A stretch of DNA of 15,493 nt. It comes from an uncultured archaeon. Its GTDB lineage: Archaea; Asgardarchaeota; Lokiarchaeia; Sigyniarchaeales; SOKP01. Position numbers and translations under genes: made by a program. A model generated the notes under the pieces. It was not told where the DNA came from. It did not search any database and saw nothing but the letters and a program-made list of their open reading frames with translations. Numbering within the stretch: position 1 is the first letter of the stretch; every line of letters begins with the position of its first letter. The stretch spans positions 6,935 to 22,427 of the forward strand of contig CAYUTF010000008.1 of the NCBI GenBank assembly GCA_964447495.1. The letters are read 5' to 3'. Shown here one piece after another: positions 7,339 through 14,917 of this stretch.

Positions 7339-7848
7339 ATGGTCAAAGTGATCAATTGTAAAGAATTGATGTATTTCTATGGTTGGATTTTTGTGAGACC
7401 ACGTAGGTGGTTTTTTATGAATATATGTAGAAATAATAAATTGCGTCTTTGGCCAAAAAAGGAATATGGTTATTGGCTTTGGCCTAATATGCATTGGATT
7501 GTTTTATATTATACTTTGTGGAAATTTTTTAAATGGATGTATTATGAGGCTTGGCGATTTTTTTGTAATTGGGATGGTGGATATAGAAATACTTATCCAT
7601 GGATTGCTAGATTTATTCATTGGATTGGGCGTACAACAGTTGGTGTTCATATATCCACGGTAGAGTGTTGGCATTGTGGTTTTGAGGCTGGAAATCAGGT
7701 TGATTTATCAGATGATGATAGTGGAACGACATTTATTTTAGAAGATTCTGGTTCTTATGGTACGCAGGATGGAACATGTCATTGGTTTGAAGGTACAACA
7801 ATTTGTCCAATATGTGGATATAGAGAACACTATGAGGATAGTGATTAG
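7339..7848 (+). CDS. Trp-rich hypothetical protein with C-terminal zinc ribbon
   Basis: 169 aa; CWHCG...CPICG. Confidence 0.7.
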   Translation: MVKVINCKELMYFYGWIFVRPRRWFFMNICRNNKLRLWPKKEYGYWLWPNMHWIVLYYTLWKFFKWMYYEAWRFFCNWDGGYRNTYPWIARFIHWIGRTTVGVHISTVECWHCGFEAGNQVDLSDDDSGTTFILEDSGSYGTQDGTCHWFEGTTICPICGYREHYEDSD

Positions 7849-7863
7849 AAGGAGTATTTAATA

Positions 7864-8193
7864 ATGATGAATCCAGAAACAAATAGATTTGAAGAAGTGC
7901 ATCCAAAGGTTGAGAGTGCTCTTGAACAATTTGCTAAAAAAATGCCTGATATGTCTGGGTATGTTCGTCATGATGGGTCTGATGTGCCTAAAGGATATCC
8001 TGTTTTTGGGATAGGAGAAGAGTTTCAACTTAAAGGATATCGATTCAAGGTTAAAGCGATAAAAGAAGATGAAATTACTTTTGAACCAGTTGGTCCAGTA
8101 CCTGTATCGAAAATACGCAGTGTGGTATATACAAAAAAAGGTACTGGGTCTTCAAAGAAGAAAAAGAAAAGTGGCAGTAGAAATAAGAGATAA
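7864..8193 (+). CDS. hypothetical protein with basic C-terminal tail
   Basis: AAGGAG RBS; ends SSKKKKKSGSRNKR. Confidence 0.75.
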   Translation: MMNPETNRFEEVHPKVESALEQFAKKMPDMSGYVRHDGSDVPKGYPVFGIGEEFQLKGYRFKVKAIKEDEITFEPVGPVPVSKIRSVVYTKKGTGSSKKKKKSGSRNKR

Positions 8194-8194
8194 A

Positions 8195-8371
8195 ATGTTG
8201 TCAGATAAAGCAATTTGTTGGACATGTAACAAGTTTGTATATTCTGGAGAGTTAGATATTGGATATTGTTATTATCATGATAGAAATGTGAAACAAGATT
8301 CACTTTGTATTCATCATCCAGATTATGTTGAAAGTGATTTTATTGATATAGAGGATGAAGATGAAAGTTGA
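8195..8371 (+). CDS. small Cys-rich protein (3' part of track ORF 8069..8371)
   Basis: In-frame ATG 8195 just after the upstream stop; CWTC...GYC...C. Confidence 0.6.
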   Translation: MLSDKAICWTCNKFVYSGELDIGYCYYHDRNVKQDSLCIHHPDYVESDFIDIEDEDES

Positions 8372-8648
8372 TACAATTGAAGATTTAAAAAAAATAGTTG
8401 GTAAAAAAGTTTATTTAGGTGCTTGGAACAACAATGATAATGATTTTGATACTTTTGAATTAGAAGTAGGAAGTATAATTATTGGACACAAAAGATATAA
8501 AAATGAACTTGGGCCAGTAGAAGTTTTTATAAAGCCTATTTTAAAAGATGATCCTTGGGAAGTAATTGGTGAAGTTCCTATTGATTTTGTTTGGAATACT
8601 CGTGAAGAGGCATTGGATTTTATAGCGGAATATGAAAGACAAGATTAA
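8355..8648 (+). CDS. hypothetical protein
   Basis: 97 aa; GAGGA precedes the second Met; WNTREEA motif. Confidence 0.7.
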   Translation: MKMKVDTIEDLKKIVGKKVYLGAWNNNDNDFDTFELEVGSIIIGHKRYKNELGPVEVFIKPILKDDPWEVIGEVPIDFVWNTREEALDFIAEYERQD

Positions 8649-8679
8649 TGCATGTGAATGTTAGATTAAAGTATTATAT

Positions 8680-9525
8680 ATGACTTATTTTAATAGAAAA
8701 ATTGCCAGGGTGTTTCCAAGGAAGACTAGGGCTACACCTATTGATGAATTTTCTTTTTTTGATGCTCCTGGTTTGTTTTGTCCAGAATTTGATGAGGTGC
8801 ATGTATCAGTTACGTTTTCATGGGATATTAGGTATGCTGAATGGCTAGCTCGGCAATGGGAAAGAATTGCACCAGTTAAAATTGGTGGTCCAGCTATTGG
8901 GACAAGAGGTATGGATTTTAATCCTGGATTATATATTCGTAATGGATATGTAATAACGTCTAGAGGATGTCCTAATAAGTGTTGGTTTTGTGATGTTTGG
9001 AAACGGGATGGTAATATTAGAGAATTGCCAATTAAAAATGGATGGAATGTTTTAGATGATAATTTATTTGCATGTTCTGAAGGTCATATTAGATCTGTTT
9101 TTGATATGCTGAATAAACAGAATGAAAAAGTTGAATTTACTGGTGGTCTTGAGGCTGCACGTTTAAAAGATTGGCATATAGATTTATTAGTTAATTTAAA
9201 ACCTAATCAAATGTTTTTTGCTTATGATACTAAAGATGATTATGAACCACTTATTGAAGCAGGAAAGAAATTATTAAAAGCTGGGTGGAGTTTGAAAAGT
9301 AGAGTTTTAAGAGCTTATGTCTTGATTGGATACAAAGGAGATACAATTGAATATGCTGAGAAGAGGTTGTTAGATACATTGAATGCTGGTTTTATTCCAA
9401 TGGCTATGTTGTGGAGAAATAAAGATGGTAAAACAGATTATAATTGGAGGAAATTTCAGCGTTTGTGGGCTAGACCAGCAATAATGTATAGTAAAATAAA
9501 GGAAATATGTAGAAGTGAAGGTTAA
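8680..9525 (+). CDS. radical SAM protein (class B/B12-dependent-like core)
   Basis: TSRGCPNKCWFC (CxxxCxxC), LDDNL, FTGGLE, FAYD, YVLIGY; N-terminal VHVSVTFSW...IGGPA resembles a reduced cobalamin-binding module. Confidence 0.9.
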   Translation: MTYFNRKIARVFPRKTRATPIDEFSFFDAPGLFCPEFDEVHVSVTFSWDIRYAEWLARQWERIAPVKIGGPAIGTRGMDFNPGLYIRNGYVITSRGCPNKCWFCDVWKRDGNIRELPIKNGWNVLDDNLFACSEGHIRSVFDMLNKQNEKVEFTGGLEAARLKDWHIDLLVNLKPNQMFFAYDTKDDYEPLIEAGKKLLKAGWSLKSRVLRAYVLIGYKGDTIEYAEKRLLDTLNAGFIPMAMLWRNKDGKTDYNWRKFQRLWARPAIMYSKIKEICRSEG

Positions 9526-9760
9526 TTTTAATGGTATAAGGATAAATTTAGCAAGAGCATATAATGGTTTGTTTGAGCAATCTGAGTCAATAGATAATGA
9601 GAGGATTGAAATAAGCAAAGATAGACTTGCTGAGATGTGTGAAATGGTAGGTGCATTTTTGTGTATTTATAACGAAGGAGATGAATCTTTTCGTGATTTA
9701 TCAAGTGATGTTAAATTGAGAGACCCATATACTGGTAGATGGGAAGAAGATGATGGTTGA
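9515..9760 (+). CDS. hypothetical protein
   Basis: 81-aa ORF coupled to the radical SAM gene. Confidence 0.65.
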   Translation: MKVNFNGIRINLARAYNGLFEQSESIDNERIEISKDRLAEMCEMVGAFLCIYNEGDESFRDLSSDVKLRDPYTGRWEEDDG

Positions 9761-10046
9761 TAATAATTATTGTATGACATGTGAAAGTGTAAGGAGGGTT
9801 GCATCTGAAGATTTAGAAAAAGAAGGATATGTGGGTTGTAATATCTTGAGTGGTATTAGAGGTGTTATTTGTTATAATAAAGATGACTTGAATAAAATAA
9901 TAGGTAATGTTGTTGCTATGGGATGGGTTGATTTGGGTTCTCGTCCTGGTAGTAAAAGTAGTGGTATGATAACAAATGAACAATTGATAATAAAAGGTGT
10001 TATTTCTTGTCCATGGTTTGAATTGAATTGGAGGAATAGAAGATGA
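9750..10046 (+). CDS. Cys-rich hypothetical protein
   Basis: CMTC...VGC...CPWFE. Confidence 0.7.
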   Translation: MMVDNNYCMTCESVRRVASEDLEKEGYVGCNILSGIRGVICYNKDDLNKIIGNVVAMGWVDLGSRPGSKSSGMITNEQLIIKGVISCPWFELNWRNRR

Positions 10047-10258
10047 GTTGTTGTAAAGATAAGAGATATATAATTGTGAAGATAGAAGGAATACATAGGG
10101 TTATTGATGTGTTGGAGGAGGAATTAAAAGGATCATATATGGATTTGCCATCAGCGTATCAAGCGATTTGTGGGTTTTTACTTGAAGACCAGAAGAATAA
10201 AAAATGTAAAAAACATAAAGGGGATAATGTTCGTCGTGTTCTTTTGGAATCACCATAA
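10043..10258 (+). CDS. hypothetical protein
   Basis: GGAGG RBS, ATGA overlap. Confidence 0.65.
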   Translation: MSCCKDKRYIIVKIEGIHRVIDVLEEELKGSYMDLPSAYQAICGFLLEDQKNKKCKKHKGDNVRRVLLESP

Positions 10259-10286
10259 AATATGATTGATGAATGTTGGGTGAGTT

Positions 10287-10595
10287 GTGAATAGATTTGT
10301 AATGATGAAAGATGGTTTTTGGAAATGGGATATTGGTGGGTTGAGTTTTTTGATTGGTAGTACAAGAGAAAAAAAGACATATTTAGCATTATGGGTAACA
10401 ACTATTTCGATATTGAATTATAGAATGGTGGAAAGGAGAATTGTTGAAGGTAATTATGGATTGGTGTTAAAGAATTTAGAGAAAAAAGCATCAATTCTTT
10501 TGGTTAAAAGTAAAATTAATGGTGAAAAAAATTTTATTGAATATATAGATAAAAGACAAGAAGTAATGGATAGTTTGATGCGTATTAGGTATTGA
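10287..10595 (+). CDS. hypothetical protein
   Basis: 102-aa ORF, start uncertain. Confidence 0.55.
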   Translation: MNRFVMMKDGFWKWDIGGLSFLIGSTREKKTYLALWVTTISILNYRMVERRIVEGNYGLVLKNLEKKASILLVKSKINGEKNFIEYIDKRQEVMDSLMRIRY

Positions 10596-10596
10596 T

Positions 10597-11157
10597 ATGA
10601 ATAAATTGGAAGATATGTCTAAAGCATTTGATTCATTAACTGGTGTTTGTAATAATTGTGGTTATACAGATGATAATATAGGTCGAAAAGAATGTTTAAT
10701 GTGTGGAGCAAAGGCTTATGATGTAAAATTGCATGTTTTGGATAAAGATAGACCTAGTTTTCAAAAAATATATATGAATCTTGCGATTGATATTTCTAAA
10801 CGATCTACTTGTTCTAGGAGACAAGTAGGTTGTGTAATATCTTCTAGTGATTTTAGAAGGATTCTTGCTGTTGGATATAATGGTAATGCTTCTGGGTTGC
10901 CTAATAAGTGTGACGCACCAAATGTTTCTTCAAGGTGTGGATGCATTCATGCTGAGGAAAATGCTTGTATTTCTTGTGTTGAGCCAAGGAATACAAAGAA
11001 AATAGTTTTTGTTACGGTTTTTCCTTGTAAGATGTGTGCAAAAAGATTTGTGCAACTTGGTGGGGTTAAGCAAGTATATTATTTAGATAATTATCATGAT
11101 GAAGAAGCAAAATTTGTTTTTGATATGGCTGGAATTAAGTTTTGTCGTTTGTTGTAG
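10597..11157 (+). CDS. dCMP deaminase with N-terminal zinc-ribbon extension
   Basis: RPSF..YM.LA...KRSTC.RRQVGCVI, GYNG, catalytic HAE and PCKMC motifs. Confidence 0.92.
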   Translation: MNKLEDMSKAFDSLTGVCNNCGYTDDNIGRKECLMCGAKAYDVKLHVLDKDRPSFQKIYMNLAIDISKRSTCSRRQVGCVISSSDFRRILAVGYNGNASGLPNKCDAPNVSSRCGCIHAEENACISCVEPRNTKKIVFVTVFPCKMCAKRFVQLGGVKQVYYLDNYHDEEAKFVFDMAGIKFCRLL

Positions 11158-11433
11158 TTGATGGTGAATATAAGGAAAAGTTATATGAAGATTAAGCATA
11201 GAGATATTTTTACAAAAGAACAAATTGAAGAATTTGTTGGTGAATTTGTTACAATCAGTTATAAAGGTTGTTTAGATATGAAAGTTTTGGTAACTAGGCT
11301 TTTTAAGGGAAGTATAGGTTTTGATTCTAAAGAAGAATGGATATTAGGTGTTATTGAAATTGGAAAAGGATTTTTTGAGATACCGATTGCTATTTCTAAT
11401 ATATTAGAGATAAAGAAATTAGTAGTTGATTAG
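11158..11433 (+). CDS. hypothetical protein (start possibly ATG 11185)
   Basis: AAGGA precedes in-frame ATG 11185. Confidence 0.65.
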   Translation: MMVNIRKSYMKIKHRDIFTKEQIEEFVGEFVTISYKGCLDMKVLVTRLFKGSIGFDSKEEWILGVIEIGKGFFEIPIAISNILEIKKLVVD

Positions 11434-11436
11434 TTG

Positions 11437-11455
11437 GCGAACTCGAGTTCGCAAA
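11437..11455. repeat. dispersed palindromic element copy 3
   Basis: 16-bp perfect palindrome GCGAACTCGAGTTCGC 11437-11452 between TAG stop (11431-11433) and GAGGT RBS (11456-11460). Confidence 0.9.
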
Positions 11456-11464
11456 GAGGTTGTT

Positions 11465-12112
11465 ATGTCGAGACGAGTTGTTGTTTGGTCTGGAGGTGCT
11501 GATTCTACATATCTTCTTCATTGGTATGCTATTTATTCTTCTATACAGAATCCTGTTCATGCTATTACGGTTGATTCTCATCCTCAATTAAATAAGAAAT
11601 TTATGGCTGCACAAAGAGCAGCTAGAAGTAGGTATTTGAAGTTTGCTGAGAAATCTGGGTTGCACATAGAAGTTCATACAGTTAGTCAAGATTATAGCGA
11701 AAAAACATTGATTGGAATTGGTAAAAATGTATCGGGTCAACCTATGATTTGGTTGTGTTCGATAATGCCATTTATTCAAGATGATGATATGGTTTGTTTT
11801 TCATATATTTTTGAAGATGGAATTTGGCATCATAAAAAAGAATTTCAGGATGTTTTTTATAGTATATGTAGATTGAAAAATATTGATGCAACTTTGGAAT
11901 TTCCACTTGAGGAATTTAGAAAATATCAAATTCTTAAAAGGTTATCTGAATATGAAATAAAAGATAACATGTGGTGGTCATGTGAAGAACCAAAAAATAA
12001 AAAGCCATGTGGTGTTTGTTATAAGTGCTGTGAGCTTAAATTGGCTGATATAAAATTTGAAATGGAAAAGAAGAATCCACGGTCACCGTTTTTTGAAGGA
12101 GAAAAGAAATGA
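11465..12112 (+). CDS. queC: QueC-like PP-loop ATPase (7-cyano-7-deazaguanine synthase family, divergent)
   Basis: VVWSGGADST PP-loop, KYQI, C-terminal SCEEP...PCGVCYKC zinc site; start moved from 11426 to ATG 11465 based on the GAGGT RBS. Confidence 0.8.
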   Translation: MSRRVVVWSGGADSTYLLHWYAIYSSIQNPVHAITVDSHPQLNKKFMAAQRAARSRYLKFAEKSGLHIEVHTVSQDYSEKTLIGIGKNVSGQPMIWLCSIMPFIQDDDMVCFSYIFEDGIWHHKKEFQDVFYSICRLKNIDATLEFPLEEFRKYQILKRLSEYEIKDNMWWSCEEPKNKKPCGVCYKCCELKLADIKFEMEKKNPRSPFFEGEKK

Positions 12113-12456
12113 ATAGTGTTAATAAATGTTCTATTTGTGATGAGATATTTGATTTATCAGATTATGAGAGATATGAAAATCATTTATTGTGTGAACATTC
12201 AGATATTATGGATATTGTTATAAGACTTGATGATTGTGAGGATAGTGAGAAGGATGAATTACTTATGGGTCTTGTTAGGAAGGGATATGGGGAAAAACAA
12301 CTTCCTGATAGATGGAAGGGCAAAGGTGGATTGAAGGATATTTATGAGCTTCATGGTTGGGAAGCTGTTTTTTTTATTGGAAAAGCTATTAGGCAAGAAG
12401 AATTGTATGTTGAAGAGATGAAAGATAGGAATAGTAATGCAGACAATAAAGTTTAA
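12109..12456 (+). CDS. hypothetical protein with N-terminal C2H2-type zinc finger
   Basis: AAGGAG RBS, ATGA overlap; CSICDEIF...HLLCEH. Confidence 0.7.
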   Translation: MNSVNKCSICDEIFDLSDYERYENHLLCEHSDIMDIVIRLDDCEDSEKDELLMGLVRKGYGEKQLPDRWKGKGGLKDIYELHGWEAVFFIGKAIRQEELYVEEMKDRNSNADNKV

Positions 12457-12982
12457 TTATGATTTTTTGGATGTACCATGTAAGAAGAATAAAGAAGTTA
12501 TGGTTGGTTCTATTACATGTAAAAAATGTAAGCATAACAAAACTTCAGGTATAAGAATGAGATATGGAGGGGAAATAATGTGTAATTATGATGAAGATGT
12601 TATTGTTATTGGTGATAGAGAAATAGTTGGTTGGTCATGTAATGAAAATGAAGAGCGGATTGTTTGTAGTGATAAAGATGAAGCTATACGATATTATTTT
12701 GAAGCGTTTGAGTGTGGAGAAAAACTAGATAAGATAAAGGTTTTTGGCTTTGCTCGTTCTGAAATATATGATGATGGAACAGGTGTTTTAGAGAATTTAT
12801 TGATGTGGTTAGATGAGGATTTTGGAGAGCCAGATAGTGGATGGACAGAACCTTCTGATAAAATGAAAAGGGCAGCAAAAGAATTTGTTGATGTTGTAAT
12901 ATCAGAATATGAAGTTTGGGCTTGTGATTGTGTTTATGAAGAAGAAGTTGATGTTAAAGAATGGTTGAAGAAAAACAAATAA
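12437..12982 (+). CDS. two-domain hypothetical protein (Cys-rich N-terminal module plus acidic domain)
   Basis: AGGA RBS; VGSITCKKCKH module shared with 13236..13445. Confidence 0.75.
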   Translation: MQTIKFNYDFLDVPCKKNKEVMVGSITCKKCKHNKTSGIRMRYGGEIMCNYDEDVIVIGDREIVGWSCNENEERIVCSDKDEAIRYYFEAFECGEKLDKIKVFGFARSEIYDDGTGVLENLLMWLDEDFGEPDSGWTEPSDKMKRAAKEFVDVVISEYEVWACDCVYEEEVDVKEWLKKNK

Positions 12983-13233
12983 AGAAGATGTTTGTGGGGA
13001 TTGATGAATGTATAGATATTATATTTGAGATATTTAATAATCCTCGTATTTCGATTGAATCAATTATTGATTCAGATGGTTTAGATTATATTGAGATAAC
13101 AGTTTATCCTACTAAATGTTCTGGCCAAATATCAATGAAGGAATTTAAAGTGAAGGTTCTTAATATATATTCTATATTAAGAGAAAAAGGATATATAGAT
13201 TTATACGAAAAAATTGTGATTAGAAAGGGATAA
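12961..13233 (+). CDS. hypothetical protein
   Basis: 90-aa ORF, start uncertain. Confidence 0.6.
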   Translation: MVEEKQIKKMFVGIDECIDIIFEIFNNPRISIESIIDSDGLDYIEITVYPTKCSGQISMKEFKVKVLNIYSILREKGYIDLYEKIVIRKG

Positions 13234-13235
13234 TT

Positions 13236-13445
13236 TTGAAATTAAAATATGAATACGAAAGTAAGGAAACAGGTAGGTTGTTAACAGATTGTAGGTTTGG
13301 TGAGAGTGTTGATTTGGATGGTAATGTTGTAATAATTAAGGTTGGGTCTATAATGTGTGAGAGATGTAAGCATTTTATAAATATAGATAATAAAAAGAGA
13401 GAAGTTGAATGTGGAATGTGGAGTGGAAAGGAAGATAAAAAATGA
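13236..13445 (+). CDS. small Cys-rich protein
   Basis: AAGGGA before TTG; VGSIMCERCKH. Confidence 0.7.
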   Translation: MKLKYEYESKETGRLLTDCRFGESVDLDGNVVIIKVGSIMCERCKHFINIDNKKREVECGMWSGKEDKK

Positions 13446-14155
13446 AAATTGTAGAACCATCAGTTGAAGTTATATTTTGGGCTCCTGAAGATAGTGGAAC
13501 ATTAGAAGAAGGAATTGAGAAAGCAGCAAGAACTTGTTACAAAAGTGAAGGGAAAATTGGTGAAGGAACAGCGGATAAACTGATTAGGAAACTCAGAAAA
13601 AGTGGTCACCATGCTATGCTTGAATTTGGTTATATAATGGCAAGGATTATTGCAGACCGGGGTTTGAGTCATGAGTTGGTAAGGCATAGATTGGCTTCCT
13701 TTGCACAGGAATCTACAAGATATTGTAATTACAATTCAGAAAGATTTGATTCGGAAATTTCTGTGATAGAGCCACCAGGGTTGACATGGCAACAAAGAGA
13801 TGAATGGCATATAGCTATGGATGATGCTGAAAGACATTATATGACTTTGATGAAAATTGGTGCTAAGCCACAAATAGCTAGGTCGGTTCTCCCGATAGGG
13901 TTAAAGACTGAGATTGTTATTGGGGCAAATCCGAGGGAATGGAGGCATATTTTCAAGATGAGGTGTGACAAGCATGCTCACCCTATAATTAGGAGTATAA
14001 TGATAGAGATTTTGTTGCAGTGTCGTGATAAATATCCTGCTATTTTTGATGATCTTTTTGATGATTTGCCTGATGAACTTATAAATAAATGGTCGGAATT
14101 AAAAGATAAAACTATGAGAGAAGTGATTATGAAACATGTTGTTGACAAAACATGA
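13442..14155 (+). CDS. thyX: FAD-dependent thymidylate synthase
   Basis: ARTCYKS, GHHAMLEF, signature ELVRHRLASFAQESTRY (RHRx7SxR), ARSVLP, NPREWRHIFKMRC..HAHP. Confidence 0.97.
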   Translation: MKIVEPSVEVIFWAPEDSGTLEEGIEKAARTCYKSEGKIGEGTADKLIRKLRKSGHHAMLEFGYIMARIIADRGLSHELVRHRLASFAQESTRYCNYNSERFDSEISVIEPPGLTWQQRDEWHIAMDDAERHYMTLMKIGAKPQIARSVLPIGLKTEIVIGANPREWRHIFKMRCDKHAHPIIRSIMIEILLQCRDKYPAIFDDLFDDLPDELINKWSELKDKTMREVIMKHVVDKT

Positions 14156-14171
14156 ATATGCTGTAATATAT
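14141..14171 (+). promoter_or_regulatory. sigma70-type promoter P3
   Basis: TTGACA 14142-14147, TAATAT 14164-14169 (16-bp spacer); overlaps the thyX 3' end. Confidence 0.65.
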
Positions 14172-14221
14172 TAATGTTAGATTTGTAGGGCGATCTTACA
14201 TGGATAGGAAATGAAACAAAA

Positions 14222-14407
14222 ATGAGACCATATAAATCAGAATATTGGTGGTATGAAATAAAGCCAAATAGTAGATATGGTAATTTTGAGATAGCAGATT
14301 TAAGGGGGTTATCTGATAAAACAAGAGAGAAGCAAGTTTTATGTATAGAGAATGATCCTGTTTTTGTTAGGTGGTTAGATTTGGCATATCCGTCTAAGCA
14401 TGTATAG
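14222..14407 (+). CDS. hypothetical protein
   Basis: 61-aa ORF after P3. Confidence 0.55.
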   Translation: MRPYKSEYWWYEIKPNSRYGNFEIADLRGLSDKTREKQVLCIENDPVFVRWLDLAYPSKHV

Positions 14408-14419
14408 ATTGATAGAAAG

Positions 14420-14689
14420 GTGATATTGATGATATGCACAAGATGTGATGGTACTGGATTTATAAATTGGGATGAAAGGTGTGACCCAGAACAATTTCAT
14501 CCTGAAAATGTAGAAGGGGTTTTGAAGTGGATATCAGAACATGAAGATACTGATATGTCGGTTTGTGATTGTTGTGGGGATGGAGAAGGGGGGTGGTATG
14601 GGATGCCAGGACAACATTATGGACCTGATGACCCAATAGGGAAGAATGGACCTTATGCCTATAACGGTGGGCTTTGTGAGTGCCATTAA
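14420..14689 (+). CDS. zinc-finger protein with DnaJ-type CxxCxGxG motif
   Basis: CTRCDGTG...CDCCGDG, Gly/Pro-rich tail ending GGLCECH; AAGGTG RBS suggests start near 14429. Confidence 0.7.
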   Translation: MILMICTRCDGTGFINWDERCDPEQFHPENVEGVLKWISEHEDTDMSVCDCCGDGEGGWYGMPGQHYGPDDPIGKNGPYAYNGGLCECH

Positions 14690-14695
14690 TGAATT

Positions 14696-14914
14696 ATGAA
14701 AACTGTAAAAATAACAATTGAAGTTAAAGTACCTAATAAAACTAAGTTTGTAGCTGTTGACAAGAATGGGTATGTATATGCTTATTCAAGTGGTAAACCA
14801 GTTGCGTTTTCTAACGAAAGTGTATGGGATATTGCTGGTGATATTGAAGAATCAGAAAAATTTTCTAAAAGGGAAGTTTATAATTGGAGAGAAACATTGA
14901 CGAAGGTTGAATAA
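14696..14914 (+). CDS. hypothetical phage protein
   Basis: FVAVDKNGYVYAY...NWRETL pattern typical of small phage proteins. Confidence 0.7.
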   Translation: MKTVKITIEVKVPNKTKFVAVDKNGYVYAYSSGKPVAFSNESVWDIAGDIEESEKFSKREVYNWRETLTKVE

Positions 14915-14917
14915 AAT

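Noticed and set aside
7466-7663. Alternative-frame hydrophobic ORF
   Set aside because: Fully nested in 7339..7848, which carries the zinc-ribbon motifs.
8069-8194. 5' extension of ORF 8069..8371
   Set aside because: Overlaps 7864..8193 by about 125 bp; ATG 8195 right after that stop is more plausible.
8680-9525. Radical SAM as QueE partner of QueC
   Set aside because: Motif layout (TSRGC after about 90 aa, GGP, DDN) is class B-like, not QueE-like.
1641-11455. Palindrome as CRISPR repeat or terminator
   Set aside because: Copies are about 3.9 and 5.9 kb apart with no spacers, and there is no U-tract on the coding strand.
11426-11464. 5' extension of the QueC-like ORF
   Set aside because: Merely reads through the palindrome. 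The GAGGT RBS and PP-loop position favour ATG 11465.
14174-14205. Weak hairpin TGTAGGG-CGA-TCTTACA after P3 as ncRNA or terminator
   Set aside because: Short, depends on G-U pairs, no U-tract, no recognisable RNA family.
14756-14790. GTTGACAA as a fourth promoter
   Set aside because: Inside a CDS with no -10 box at 16-18 bp.
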